DNA of 31,467 nt, taken from positions 1 to 31,467 of IMG/VR virus record IMGVR_UViG_3300020235_000546; one strand, written 5' to 3'. The first letter of the stretch is position 1. The number at the start of each line of letters is the position of its first letter. The notes beneath the pieces are model-generated. The model ran no database searches and was not told where the DNA came from. It saw only the letters and a list, made by a program, of their open reading frames with translations. This stretch comes from a virus. Lineage: Duplodnaviria > Caudoviricetes. A program made the translations under genes and the position numbers. Shown here one piece after another: positions 18,850 to 27,094 of the stretch.

Positions 18850-18913
18850 CCGACCTAGACACAGAAACAAAAAGTACAAAAAAATTTTTATACCAAACAA
18901 GTAAGTTATCTAC

Positions 18914-19117
18914 GTGGGGATAATGGCTATAAGGAATAGTATGGATTTGTTGCCAGGCTCAGATCCTAACAGCCCGTTTTGGGAATGTGATAGGTGTAAG
19001 GAAAAGAACTCAAACTTGCGTGATGTATGTGTATTTTGTGATAAGGGCATAAAATTAAATTCTAGGCGTAAAACTAAGACAGCCCATAAGACAGGGCGTT
19101 ATGCTGATGACATTTAA
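18914..19117 (+). CDS. RanBP2-type zinc-finger protein
   Basis: WECDRCKEKNSNLRDVCVFC = W-x-C-x2-C-x3-N-x6-C-x2-C; TATA-like TTTTTATA at ~18885-18892. Confidence 0.7.
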   Translation: MGIMAIRNSMDLLPGSDPNSPFWECDRCKEKNSNLRDVCVFCDKGIKLNSRRKTKTAHKTGRYADDI

Positions 19118-19154
19118 CAATCTTAATATATTACCAAGTTATTAAATAGATAAT

Positions 19155-19328
19155 ATGCAGAATCAAAAAACGTCGCTTCGCGACTTACGAGTAACTATTA
19201 TGCTCAGCCCACTTTTAAATCAGGCAATCAGAAAGTTACAAGCAGATACCATAAAAAAGACACAACGCTCATGGTCATTTTCAGCACAACTCAGTGAAGT
19301 GCTAAGAGAGGGGTTGAGGAATATATGA
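19155..19328 (+). CDS. ribbon-helix-helix-like regulator 1 (57 aa)
   Basis: RVTIML...AIRKLQADTIKKTQRSWSFSAQLSEVLREGL; TATA upstream; absent from the ORF track. Confidence 0.7.
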   Translation: MQNQKTSLRDLRVTIMLSPLLNQAIRKLQADTIKKTQRSWSFSAQLSEVLREGLRNI

Positions 19329-19480
19329 CAGTAGTTACCAAGTGCATCACGATCACAGAGGAGCAAGATAAGAAAATCAGAGTCATCCAACTTAGGCGAA
19401 TGACTGCCGAACAAAAGACGGTTAGTTATTCCAGCGTACTACACCAGGCAATTAATGAGGGGCTCCAGAGAATAGCATGA
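19325..19480 (+). CDS. ribbon-helix-helix-like regulator 2 (51 aa), paralog of 1
   Basis: KCITITEEQDKKIRVIQLRRMTAEQKTVSYSSVLHQAINEGL; ATGA overlaps. Confidence 0.7.
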   Translation: MTVVTKCITITEEQDKKIRVIQLRRMTAEQKTVSYSSVLHQAINEGLQRIA

Positions 19481-19629
19481 CTGATCACGTTGATTGGAAA
19501 TTTGACGTTAAAATAAGCAACGACAACGCCAAGAACGAAAAACGAGTTACCGTCCACGCCAGGAGTGATGAATCGCTCAAGGAGGCAGTTGACGACGCAG
19601 AGGCATTATTCAAGGACTCTATGAAATGA
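19477..19629 (+). CDS. 50-aa hypothetical protein
   Basis: MTDHVDWKFDVKISND...FKDSMK*; ATGA-coupled on both sides. Confidence 0.6.
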   Translation: MTDHVDWKFDVKISNDNAKNEKRVTVHARSDESLKEAVDDAEALFKDSMK

Positions 19630-19721
19630 GCGATAATACCTACAAGGCATTATTTACAGGAATCACGATTGGCTTAGTTTTTGCACTTGTAATATTTTCC
19701 GTGGGATTTTACGCGAAATGA
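19626..19721 (+). CDS. 31-aa single-TM micropeptide
   Basis: MSDNTYKALFTGITIGLVFALVIFSVGFYAK*; coupled on both sides. Confidence 0.6.
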   Translation: MSDNTYKALFTGITIGLVFALVIFSVGFYAK

Positions 19722-19933
19722 ACTGTCCATCGTGTGACAAATCAATAAAGCCCCTAATTCAAAAACCTCATCTAAATACAATAACTACAACAAGTACGGT
19801 TGACTTTGGAATAACTGGAGCCGATGGTTTTGCAGTTGCGAGTTCTACGAATATTGAAACCAAGTCCGTGTTCAAGTGTTGCAACCCTGAGTGCTGGGTA
19901 ACAAGAGTCGAGGTTGATTGGGGACAGTCTTAG
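19718..19933 (+). CDS. Zn-ribbon protein
   Basis: CPSC...CCNPEC. Confidence 0.65.
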   Translation: MNCPSCDKSIKPLIQKPHLNTITTTSTVDFGITGADGFAVASSTNIETKSVFKCCNPECWVTRVEVDWGQS

Positions 19934-19935
19934 AA

Positions 19936-20124
19936 ATGAGTGACGAACATGAAATGGGAATGAGTTTGATTAAACAAGAAATGGAAATCAAAGCACTCAA
20001 GGACAAACTCGACAAGATTAAGGAATTTGTTAATTTCCAACTAAAAGAGATTCCAGAACACTATGATTTTGAATGTGATGAAAAACGAGAACTAATGGAT
20101 GGAATTAAGGAGATCCTAAAATGA
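19936..20124 (+). CDS. small coiled-coil protein
   Basis: MSDEHEMG...IKALKDKLDKIKE; GAGGTTGA SD-like site upstream. Confidence 0.65.
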   Translation: MSDEHEMGMSLIKQEMEIKALKDKLDKIKEFVNFQLKEIPEHYDFECDEKRELMDGIKEILK

Positions 20125-20285
20125 CCGACGTTTGGATAAAATCACCTACTTGCGAGTGTGAGTATCTAGGACCACCTGGCAAAAACAAATTAGTTCTCGT
20201 TGAGGGAAACACAGCGATTTGGACTTGTCCCCATGTAGATCCCTATATTCAAGAAAGAAAGAAAGAGTGGGTATTGCAAGAATGA
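20121..20285 (+). CDS. 54-aa Cys/His micro-ORF
   Basis: MTDVWIKSPTCEC...WTCPH...*; ATGA-coupled on both sides. Confidence 0.55.
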   Translation: MTDVWIKSPTCECEYLGPPGKNKLVLVEGNTAIWTCPHVDPYIQERKKEWVLQE

Positions 20286-20671
20286 GTCTTATACAAAAAG
20301 CCGAGGAGTTTGTCGAATTACACGGTGGCAAGGTCACAGGAACTATTCAAGGTCGAGATGGGGCGATTGCCTACAAAGTTGTAAATGGCGAGAGAACTTT
20401 CCATATTTACTATTCACGACGTTGGTATTACCAACCTGATGGTATCTCGATTCCCGAACACGCTTTAGAGGTCGGACTTAAAGAAAACGCCACAATTGTC
20501 GTTTATGTGATTAATGAGTGCGTTTGGCAGTATGCTACCGAATGGTACAAACTTTCTACCAATATTAAAAATACCACTCACGGTGGCACAACTGAAAAAC
20601 TAATACTAAAGGAGGACCTATTAGTTGGCTCGTTCAACAAACCACGAAAAGGGATGGATGAATTTTTCTAA
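20282..20671 (+). CDS. hypothetical protein (129 aa)
   Basis: MSLIQKAEEF...; ATG coupled to the upstream stop. Confidence 0.7.
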   Translation: MSLIQKAEEFVELHGGKVTGTIQGRDGAIAYKVVNGERTFHIYYSRRWYYQPDGISIPEHALEVGLKENATIVVYVINECVWQYATEWYKLSTNIKNTTHGGTTEKLILKEDLLVGSFNKPRKGMDEFF

Positions 20672-20805
20672 TGAATAAAGCACGATTGGATGCTCGCAAG
20701 CGAATGATGAACAAAAATGCTAAAAATCCAGAATACCTAAAAACCAGTTATGAGAAACAGAGAGTAAAAAGAGATGAATATGTAGATGACAGAAAGAGAA
20801 TCTAG
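20671..20805 (+). CDS. 44-aa basic micro-ORF
   Basis: MNKARLDARKR...DDRKRI*; TAATG-coupled. Confidence 0.45.
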   Translation: MNKARLDARKRMMNKNAKNPEYLKTSYEKQRVKRDEYVDDRKRI

Positions 20806-20855
20806 CTGTCCAGATTGCGGATGTGCTGGAGATGACCACGACGAGGATTGTGAAA

Positions 20856-21245
20856 ATGAGTAGCTATATGCCCGAATCCAAGTCGGACACCCATGTTACT
20901 CCAGATAGGGTTTTTGAACTAATCAAGGATAAATGGAATTACGAGTACGATGAGTTTTATGATCCATGTCCAGTTAACGGAACTGAGGGCTTGACCACAC
21001 CTTGGGGAAAACTTAACTTTGTCAACCCACCTTACACTTTGCTAAAACAGTTCGTTTGGAACGCGATGGGAGAAACAAATAACGGAAATGTTACAATTAT
21101 GCTATTGCCGGCCAAAACTGACCAAGAGTGGTTCCATGACATACTTGATAAGGGATATGAGATAAAATGGATTCGTAAGAGATTGAAGTTTAAAAACAAT
21201 AAATGGAGTGCAACTCAACCCCACTTCCTGGTAAGGATAAAATGA
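20856..21245 (+). CDS. phage-type DNA N6-adenine methyltransferase (Dam-like, minimal)
   Basis: TP...DPC...W...FVNPPY...MLLPAKTDQEWFH...RLKF motifs. Confidence 0.88.
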   Translation: MSSYMPESKSDTHVTPDRVFELIKDKWNYEYDEFYDPCPVNGTEGLTTPWGKLNFVNPPYTLLKQFVWNAMGETNNGNVTIMLLPAKTDQEWFHDILDKGYEIKWIRKRLKFKNNKWSATQPHFLVRIK

Positions 21246-22516
21246 AATGGTTAAGTCTATTTTCAGGGGTGGGGGGATTCGACTTGGCGTTACAGAATCT
21301 CGGAGAGGAAGTAATTGGAGCTTGCGAGATAGATGACTTCGCTAGATCAGTTTATGCCAAGCGATTCCCAGGGACAAAAATCTACAAAGACGCAACAAAA
21401 ATCGACGCAGAGCAACTCCCCGACTTTGACGGTATCGTTGCAGGATTCCCTTGTCAAACTTTCTCAATTGCGGGAAACAGGCTCGGATTTGAGGAGTCAA
21501 GAGGCACTCTATTTTTTGAAATTGTTAGGATTGCACGACAAAAACGACCTAGATACTTGCTACTTGAAAACGTTAAGGGCCTACTATCTCACGATAACGG
21601 GAGAACGTTCGCAATCATTCTCTCAACGCTGGATGAGCTCGGGTACGATGCGGAGTGGCAAGTGTGCAATAGCAAATACTTCGTTCCGCAAAACAGGGAG
21701 CGGATCTTCATTATTGCATATCTTAGAGGAGAACCCCGACCAAAAGTATTTCCTATCCGAGAAGTCGATCAGCTATCTGCAACGGAGAAACGTGGAAAAC
21801 GAAAAAAAGGGGAGGGGATTCGGAGCGAAGATATTGCAAGTACCGTCGGATCAAGATATGGCTCTCTCCAAAACTCAGGGGAAACCTACCTCAAACAAGT
21901 CGGAAACATAGACCGATCAGGTCATAACTCCCTTTGGGGTAGAGTGTATGATCCAAATCGTACTGATGTAATTGGCAAGATAAATGACTCCCAATCGGGT
22001 ATTGTATATTCTGTCGGTGGCCTGGCTCCAAACCTCAACGCCAATGGAGGGGGTATGGGGGCAAAAACTGGATTGTTTGCCGTGGCTTGGTCAAAATCCC
22101 ATAGGACTGGAAATGGCAAGTATGACAAGAACCGTCATAATTATGGCAAGGTTGAGGAGCGAATCAAAATTGGAGAGTTCAACACCCTAAACACTGGAGA
22201 TGGATGTCGAACTCAATCAAGTGCAAATTATGTCGTTGACAAGCCAATTTTCACTCAATACACAGATCATGCTGGCAGTAGGGTTTATGATCCAAAAGGC
22301 CCATCATCATCCCTAATGGCTGACAATGGTACGGGTTCAAGGCTGAAAATCGAGGATGGTACAAGAATTAGAAAATTAACCCCGTTAGAGTGCGAAAGAC
22401 TGCAAGGATTCCCTGATGGGTGGACCGAGGGACTTTCAGATACCCAAAGATACAAGTGCATGGGAAATGCAGTTACCGTCCCACTCGTTCAGTTCATACT
22501 TTCAAAACTCCTTTAA
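21242..22516 (+). CDS. DNA cytosine-C5 methyltransferase
   Basis: FSGVGG (I), GFPCQ (IV), LENVKG (VI), QNRER (VIII), RKLTPLECERLQGFPD (IX), MGNAV (X). Confidence 0.95.
   Translation: MKWLSLFSGVGGFDLALQNLGEEVIGACEIDDFARSVYAKRFPGTKIYKDATKIDAEQLPDFDGIVAGFPCQTFSIAGNRLGFEESRGTLFFEIVRIARQKRPRYLLLENVKGLLSHDNGRTFAIILSTLDELGYDAEWQVCNSKYFVPQNRERIFIIAYLRGEPRPKVFPIREVDQLSATEKRGKRKKGEGIRSEDIASTVGSRYGSLQNSGETYLKQVGNIDRSGHNSLWGRVYDPNRTDVIGKINDSQSGIVYSVGGLAPNLNANGGGMGAKTGLFAVAWSKSHRTGNGKYDKNRHNYGKVEERIKIGEFNTLNTGDGCRTQSSANYVVDKPIFTQYTDHAGSRVYDPKGPSSSLMADNGTGSRLKIEDGTRIRKLTPLECERLQGFPDGWTEGLSDTQRYKCMGNAVTVPLVQFILSKLL
21333..21911 (+). CDS. overprinted +1-frame ORF, EcoHK31I-beta-like MTase partner subunit
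   Basis: ATG-initiated 192-codon alternative frame with WMSSGTM..G...SSLLHILEENPDQKYFLSEK...YLQRR. Confidence 0.6.
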   Translation: MTSLDQFMPSDSQGQKSTKTQQKSTQSNSPTLTVSLQDSLVKLSQLRETGSDLRSQEALYFLKLLGLHDKNDLDTCYLKTLRAYYLTITGERSQSFSQRWMSSGTMRSGKCAIANTSFRKTGSGSSLLHILEENPDQKYFLSEKSISYLQRRNVENEKKGRGFGAKILQVPSDQDMALSKTQGKPTSNKSET

Positions 22517-22538
22517 GGTATTACTCCAACCTATTTTA

Positions 22539-22676
22539 TTGGAAAATGAAATTGCCGCTATGATAGGAGCTGTGGTAGTCGGAACTCTTGCCATGCAATT
22601 CAAAATTAACAGGTGTGTAGGCCGTTTAGAGGGTATGTTAACCACTCATTTAGCAGAATACGACAAAAAGAAATAA
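22539..22676 (+). CDS. 45-aa TM plus coiled-coil protein (TTG start)
   Basis: (M)ENEIAAMIGAVVVGTLAMQFKINRCVGRLEGML...; BRE/TATA aaaactc-CTTTAAG at 22504-22517. Confidence 0.55.
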   Translation: MENEIAAMIGAVVVGTLAMQFKINRCVGRLEGMLTTHLAEYDKKK

Positions 22677-22704
22677 TTTTAAGTCATTGTATTCGAGAAC
22701 AGTT

Positions 22705-23019
22705 ATGAAGATTTGGACTGACGACGATCACGTTGGCAAGGTAGTAGTATCATTATTGGATGAATTAACAGCAGCTTTTCACATTTATAACAACAAACCC
22801 GAAGATGAAAAGGACTATGACTTAATTATCAAACTTTCATCGGCTGCTGGCTACCAAGCCCAGCTGTATTCAGGTTTGAAAAAATCTCACGAATTTGCAA
22901 GGAGGTTACAAGCAATAGAAAAAGCACTACGCAGAGCAACCCCCGAAGATTTTGCGATGGCTCACAATCCGGTCCTACTTGCAGAATCAGAGTCACAAGT
23001 CCAAACAGAGTTCAAATAG
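22705..23019 (+). CDS. putative terminase small subunit
   Basis: Helical 104-aa protein directly before TerL; TTTTAAG box 22677-22683 favours ATG 22705. Call is positional. Confidence 0.45.
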   Translation: MKIWTDDDHVGKVVVSLLDELTAAFHIYNNKPEDEKDYDLIIKLSSAAGYQAQLYSGLKKSHEFARRLQAIEKALRRATPEDFAMAHNPVLLAESESQVQTEFK

Positions 23020-23022
23020 GCT

Positions 23023-24822
23023 TTGGTTCACTCCGATTCGTTTCGGTTAGGAAATATCGAAAAACAACTTTCTGAATTACAAGCAAAAGCGTTACCTGAT
23101 AATGTTCCCGACAATATGCTAGAATTTATCCGAGAGTTCCGGCCAATGATTGGTAGAAAGCCGCTAAACTTCAAAAAAGATCCATTTTGGATTGAACCGT
23201 TACTTGATCCACATCCACACCAAATGTTTGTCAATGGACGGCAAACTTACAAGACAACCAATTGCAGTTCGCTTATTGCGAAAATAGCTTTGCAGAAACC
23301 AGGGTGCGAAGTTACATACGTCGTGGATGACGAAAACCACAGGTCAGCATTTTCAGAACAGAGATTGCGTCACGAAACTTTTATTTCAAATCCAAAGTTA
23401 GAGCGATACCTACCCAACGGAAAAGCAAACGTCGGGAGGATCAAGCTACTTAACGGTTCGGTAATATATTTAGTTACCGACGAAAATAAGTACCACGCTG
23501 TTGAGGGTAAATCTAATGAGGCTCTCATTCTGGACGAAGCCCAAGCTCAAGATATTGGATTTTTACCGATCGCTATGTATTCGCTCTCTAAAACTCACGG
23601 ACGAGTCTATATGTTTGGAATTGGAGGGGAGGCTGGAAGTGAGTATCACCGAATGTGGAAAAGAACTGACCAGCGTGAATGGGTTTATGATGACCTCAAG
23701 TGGAGGGAAAGATTGGAGTTTGACGCTTTCGGAACAATTACTAATTCCGACAATGACTTGGCGAAAATACTTGCTGGTAAATGGGTTGCACAAAATCCTA
23801 CGAATGTAGATTACAGAGGCTACCACTTTCCCCAGGAAATGTTCCCACACGTCCCATTGACAATTCACGATGCCGTTACGAAATACCATGTACAACCTGA
23901 GCTTTCAATAGAGTACCAAAAAAAACACTATCCAATGAGTATGTATCTTTCACACTGTCGAGCAGAATTTTACAAAGCAGAAAGACGACCTATCACTCCA
24001 GAAATGGTAGAGGCTTGTTATGTAAATTATTTGAAACTTTTACTGCCACATGAAGTCATTGAACTGAAAGCCATGTATGGTAACGAGATACGGGTGCTTG
24101 GCGGAGTTGACTTTGGATCTGGACCTTCTGCGTCAAAAACTGTCGCATCAATTATTATTCATTGGCGTAAGAGCAATCGGTATCAGCTTGTATGGGTTGA
24201 TCCAAGGCCAGCCGAACATCCTATGGATCAAGCACGATATATTGCAGAGCTCTTTCGTAACTATGAAATTGACTTTGGCGTTGGCGATTGGGGATATGGA
24301 CAGGATCAGATACCTCTCATCCAAGGAGGGGGACGAGATGCCAACGATAACAAATTCGAGGGCCTGGGCCGACATAAGTTTAGAGGATGCCAAACAATTG
24401 GAAATGAAGTTAAACCAATATCAGAATATGGTCAAAACACTGACGAACATGGAATCGAACAAGATAAGATCCAAATTGACAAAACAACTGTAATTCAAAA
24501 CTTTATTGATTTTATTGGAATGAAAGTATCTCATCCGTTATATCCCAACGAGGAAAAATTCAAACAAATGATGTTTATGATCCCACACTTTTACGATTGG
24601 CAAACTGACTTTTTGATGGACGAGATGACAAACATTACAAGAAAAGATTTGGACGAAGTACAAGAAGTAATTACCGAAGATCCCCGTCAAAGGGCTATGA
24701 AGCTCTTTAACCACCCTCAAGATGCTGTCATGTCGATAATTTACTGTCTAGTAGGAGCCCAAAATTATAACCCCTCGGCCTATGAAATTACACCAATTAG
24801 GCGAAAGGCACGAAGAAAGTGA
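23023..24822 (+). CDS. terL: terminase large subunit
   Basis: Walker A GRQTYKT, Walker B LILDEAQ, RNase H-fold GGVDFG...GVGDWGYG...DAVMS. Confidence 0.9.
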   Translation: MVHSDSFRLGNIEKQLSELQAKALPDNVPDNMLEFIREFRPMIGRKPLNFKKDPFWIEPLLDPHPHQMFVNGRQTYKTTNCSSLIAKIALQKPGCEVTYVVDDENHRSAFSEQRLRHETFISNPKLERYLPNGKANVGRIKLLNGSVIYLVTDENKYHAVEGKSNEALILDEAQAQDIGFLPIAMYSLSKTHGRVYMFGIGGEAGSEYHRMWKRTDQREWVYDDLKWRERLEFDAFGTITNSDNDLAKILAGKWVAQNPTNVDYRGYHFPQEMFPHVPLTIHDAVTKYHVQPELSIEYQKKHYPMSMYLSHCRAEFYKAERRPITPEMVEACYVNYLKLLLPHEVIELKAMYGNEIRVLGGVDFGSGPSASKTVASIIIHWRKSNRYQLVWVDPRPAEHPMDQARYIAELFRNYEIDFGVGDWGYGQDQIPLIQGGGRDANDNKFEGLGRHKFRGCQTIGNEVKPISEYGQNTDEHGIEQDKIQIDKTTVIQNFIDFIGMKVSHPLYPNEEKFKQMMFMIPHFYDWQTDFLMDEMTNITRKDLDEVQEVITEDPRQRAMKLFNHPQDAVMSIIYCLVGAQNYNPSAYEITPIRRKARRK

Positions 24823-24857
24823 GTTTATAAGTTATTTAACTACTTATATAATACGTA

Positions 24858-25058
24858 GTGGCCACTTGCTTAGGACATAAATTCGGGACTGAATGTTATA
24901 AGAACTCAAAGTCGCCCAAAGCCAAAAACTGGAAATTACACCAATTATGTCATTCATGCTTTTGTATTCTAATTCTCAAAATTAAACCCCGAAAAGGTCA
25001 CGGAGGCAAATATCTCAACGAAAACCGTCAGCGTGGTATGTCGTTAATCGAAACGTAA
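24858..25058 (+). CDS. small basic Cys-rich protein
   Basis: C..C..CHSC; TATA-like sequence upstream. Confidence 0.5.
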   Translation: MATCLGHKFGTECYKNSKSPKAKNWKLHQLCHSCFCILILKIKPRKGHGGKYLNENRQRGMSLIET

Positions 25059-25089
25059 TAACTAAGTAGGAGCCCGTGAGAGTTATTTT

Positions 25090-26748
25090 ATGACTTGGAG
25101 AAGTAGGCTAACAAACGGGTTAGCCAATATTGGAGTTATAGATTCTAATCACTCAGAAATTTTTACCAAACCAGCGACAAAGAATAGGATGCCTTTGGGA
25201 GAATTACAAACCCTGATGGAAATGACACCAGGACTTTCTCAACCAGTTTGGGGACCTGAAATTTCTACCGTTGGAGCTTACAGTAGAGAGGGTTATACTT
25301 CAAAAACTTTCGACACGCCAGCTATTTCTTTTAGAACTCAAAAAGTTGGATTACAAATTGATGAAGATACACAGCTTGCAATTAATCACCTGTCATCTCA
25401 AGTAACTGGTGGAGCCCACTATGTTAAAGCAGAGAAAACTTTTGTCGTAGATTATTTTCACAAGCTCACAAAAGATTTACACTTCGATACACTGGACACA
25501 GAAATTATCAAAGAGCTGTTATGGTATGGTAATTCTGTTTGGAAACCAAGAATGGGAATTGCTAATGTAAGAACATTCAAAGACTTGATGCACATCCCAA
25601 TTTCATCTTTCGCTAGAATTTGGTGGGACCGACAAAGGATTCCATACAAGTATGAATTTAGGGGAGCAGAATACCAGGGCTATCACAATCCAGGAGAGGT
25701 AATACATTTCACTTGGAATAAAGTTGATGCTAGTGCTTTCGGAACTGGTTTTGCAGTTTCAATGACAAGTCCACGGATGTTTGAAATGCCAATCAACGGT
25801 GGGGAAACCGAACAAAGAGAATTACAAAGTTTGTTAGATAGAAAATATGCAACTCAATACACTATGCAGTTAGCAGAGCAACGCTATGTTTCACATAACT
25901 TATGGACCGTAGAATCTGGAGATGAGGTTTCAAGACAAGCTCTACAAACTCAAGTTGAAAACCTAGACATCGGGCAAGATGTAGTAGCTGGAACAAAAGT
26001 TGAAGTCCAAGAACTTGGAAGTCAAGCCCGTAACTTTAACCCTGAACAATTTACCGATTTAACTATTGGACCTATATTCAAAGCTCTCAATGATTTTAGA
26101 GGCAAACAAGGAAGTAGCGAATCACACCAGTTTGCTAATGCTCGTAGCTCTGCTGCCCTTGACGAGATTGGATTAAGTGCTTTCCCAATCTCGGTCAAGG
26201 AGCAACTTGAGGAGAAATTGTTTAGGCCAATCTATGAGGCAAACCCCCTCCCTGATCCCGAAACTGGTGGCATGACATGGATGTCATGGGATCAACTCAA
26301 GTTTGAAATTGAATTTGGAAAGGTAGAGAAAAAAGACATACCAGTACAAGATCAAATCAAACTACTTGAATTATACATGAACTCCCCACTACCAAAAGAT
26401 CCAGTTGTATTGAACAACTTGTTTGTACAAGCCGGCCTAGGAATTACAAAAAACATGGATGAGCAATTAGAGGCTATGTATGATCCAGCCGTGTTAGCCG
26501 CTCAACAAGCTATGGCACAGCCACAGGGATTTGAACAATCACAGCCACAGGATAATCCTCAACAAGATTACGTTGACAACGGTGGAGGAGAAATACCATT
26601 TAGTTTTGATAATCAGAATATGGGAAGTCCACCTATGGATAACCCAATTTACGACTCTATGGCAATTCAGCCAAGGGGTGATTTCCAAAATAACTATAAA
26701 CGTGGAAACCAATCTCAAGCATGGGGAATCGGGAATTATGTCGGCTGA
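25090..26748 (+). CDS. portal protein
   Basis: ELLWYGNSVW, EVIHFTWN...FGTG motifs; follows TerL; Q/P-rich disordered C-tail. Confidence 0.85.
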   Translation: MTWRSRLTNGLANIGVIDSNHSEIFTKPATKNRMPLGELQTLMEMTPGLSQPVWGPEISTVGAYSREGYTSKTFDTPAISFRTQKVGLQIDEDTQLAINHLSSQVTGGAHYVKAEKTFVVDYFHKLTKDLHFDTLDTEIIKELLWYGNSVWKPRMGIANVRTFKDLMHIPISSFARIWWDRQRIPYKYEFRGAEYQGYHNPGEVIHFTWNKVDASAFGTGFAVSMTSPRMFEMPINGGETEQRELQSLLDRKYATQYTMQLAEQRYVSHNLWTVESGDEVSRQALQTQVENLDIGQDVVAGTKVEVQELGSQARNFNPEQFTDLTIGPIFKALNDFRGKQGSSESHQFANARSSAALDEIGLSAFPISVKEQLEEKLFRPIYEANPLPDPETGGMTWMSWDQLKFEIEFGKVEKKDIPVQDQIKLLELYMNSPLPKDPVVLNNLFVQAGLGITKNMDEQLEAMYDPAVLAAQQAMAQPQGFEQSQPQDNPQQDYVDNGGGEIPFSFDNQNMGSPPMDNPIYDSMAIQPRGDFQNNYKRGNQSQAWGIGNYVG

Positions 26749-27094
26749 TCCAATAGACGATTTGATAACAGAGGTGTCGGCACTTAGTATCGCTGGCGTT
26801 GGAAAATTACAAGAACATCATAATCCATTAGATATTCCATTCGGACATGAAGTTACCGAAGTTAATAATAATATCAAAGATGTCGATGAGGGTGGATTCG
26901 GCTCTGGACGACATAAAGGAGGTGGAGGAGGCCAAGGTGGAGGAATGTCAGGTGGAGGCGATTCTGGAGGTAGTGGATTCGGAGGTAGCGGAGGAGTTCA
27001 ACCAGGTCCGTTAATTTCTTTTGGCGAAACTATTTTGAAAGAACTAATGGATGTAAAAATAAGAGAGAGCTGTCCATGTCACAAGAAGAAATAA
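26738..27094 (+). CDS. Gly-rich head-associated protein (GGxGSGR motif)
   Basis: MSADPIDD...EGGFGSGRHKGGGGG...; ATG 26738 overlaps the portal end. Confidence 0.6.
   Translation: MSADPIDDLITEVSALSIAGVGKLQEHHNPLDIPFGHEVTEVNNNIKDVDEGGFGSGRHKGGGGGQGGGMSGGGDSGGSGFGGSGGVQPGPLISFGETILKELMDVKIRESCPCHKKK

Noticed and set aside
18655-18858. 67-aa ORF in the divergent region
   Set aside because: TTG start, no SD or TATA, and its sequence is dictated by the DNA repeats; more likely non-coding.
18351-18913. Possible mini-CRISPR array or tRNA
   Set aside because: No regularly spaced 25-40 bp repeats with unique spacers and no cloverleaf/T-loop motif seen.
19220-19414. Minus-strand 64-aa ORF from the track
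   Set aside because: Overlaps two coupled + strand RHH-like ORFs that explain the region better.
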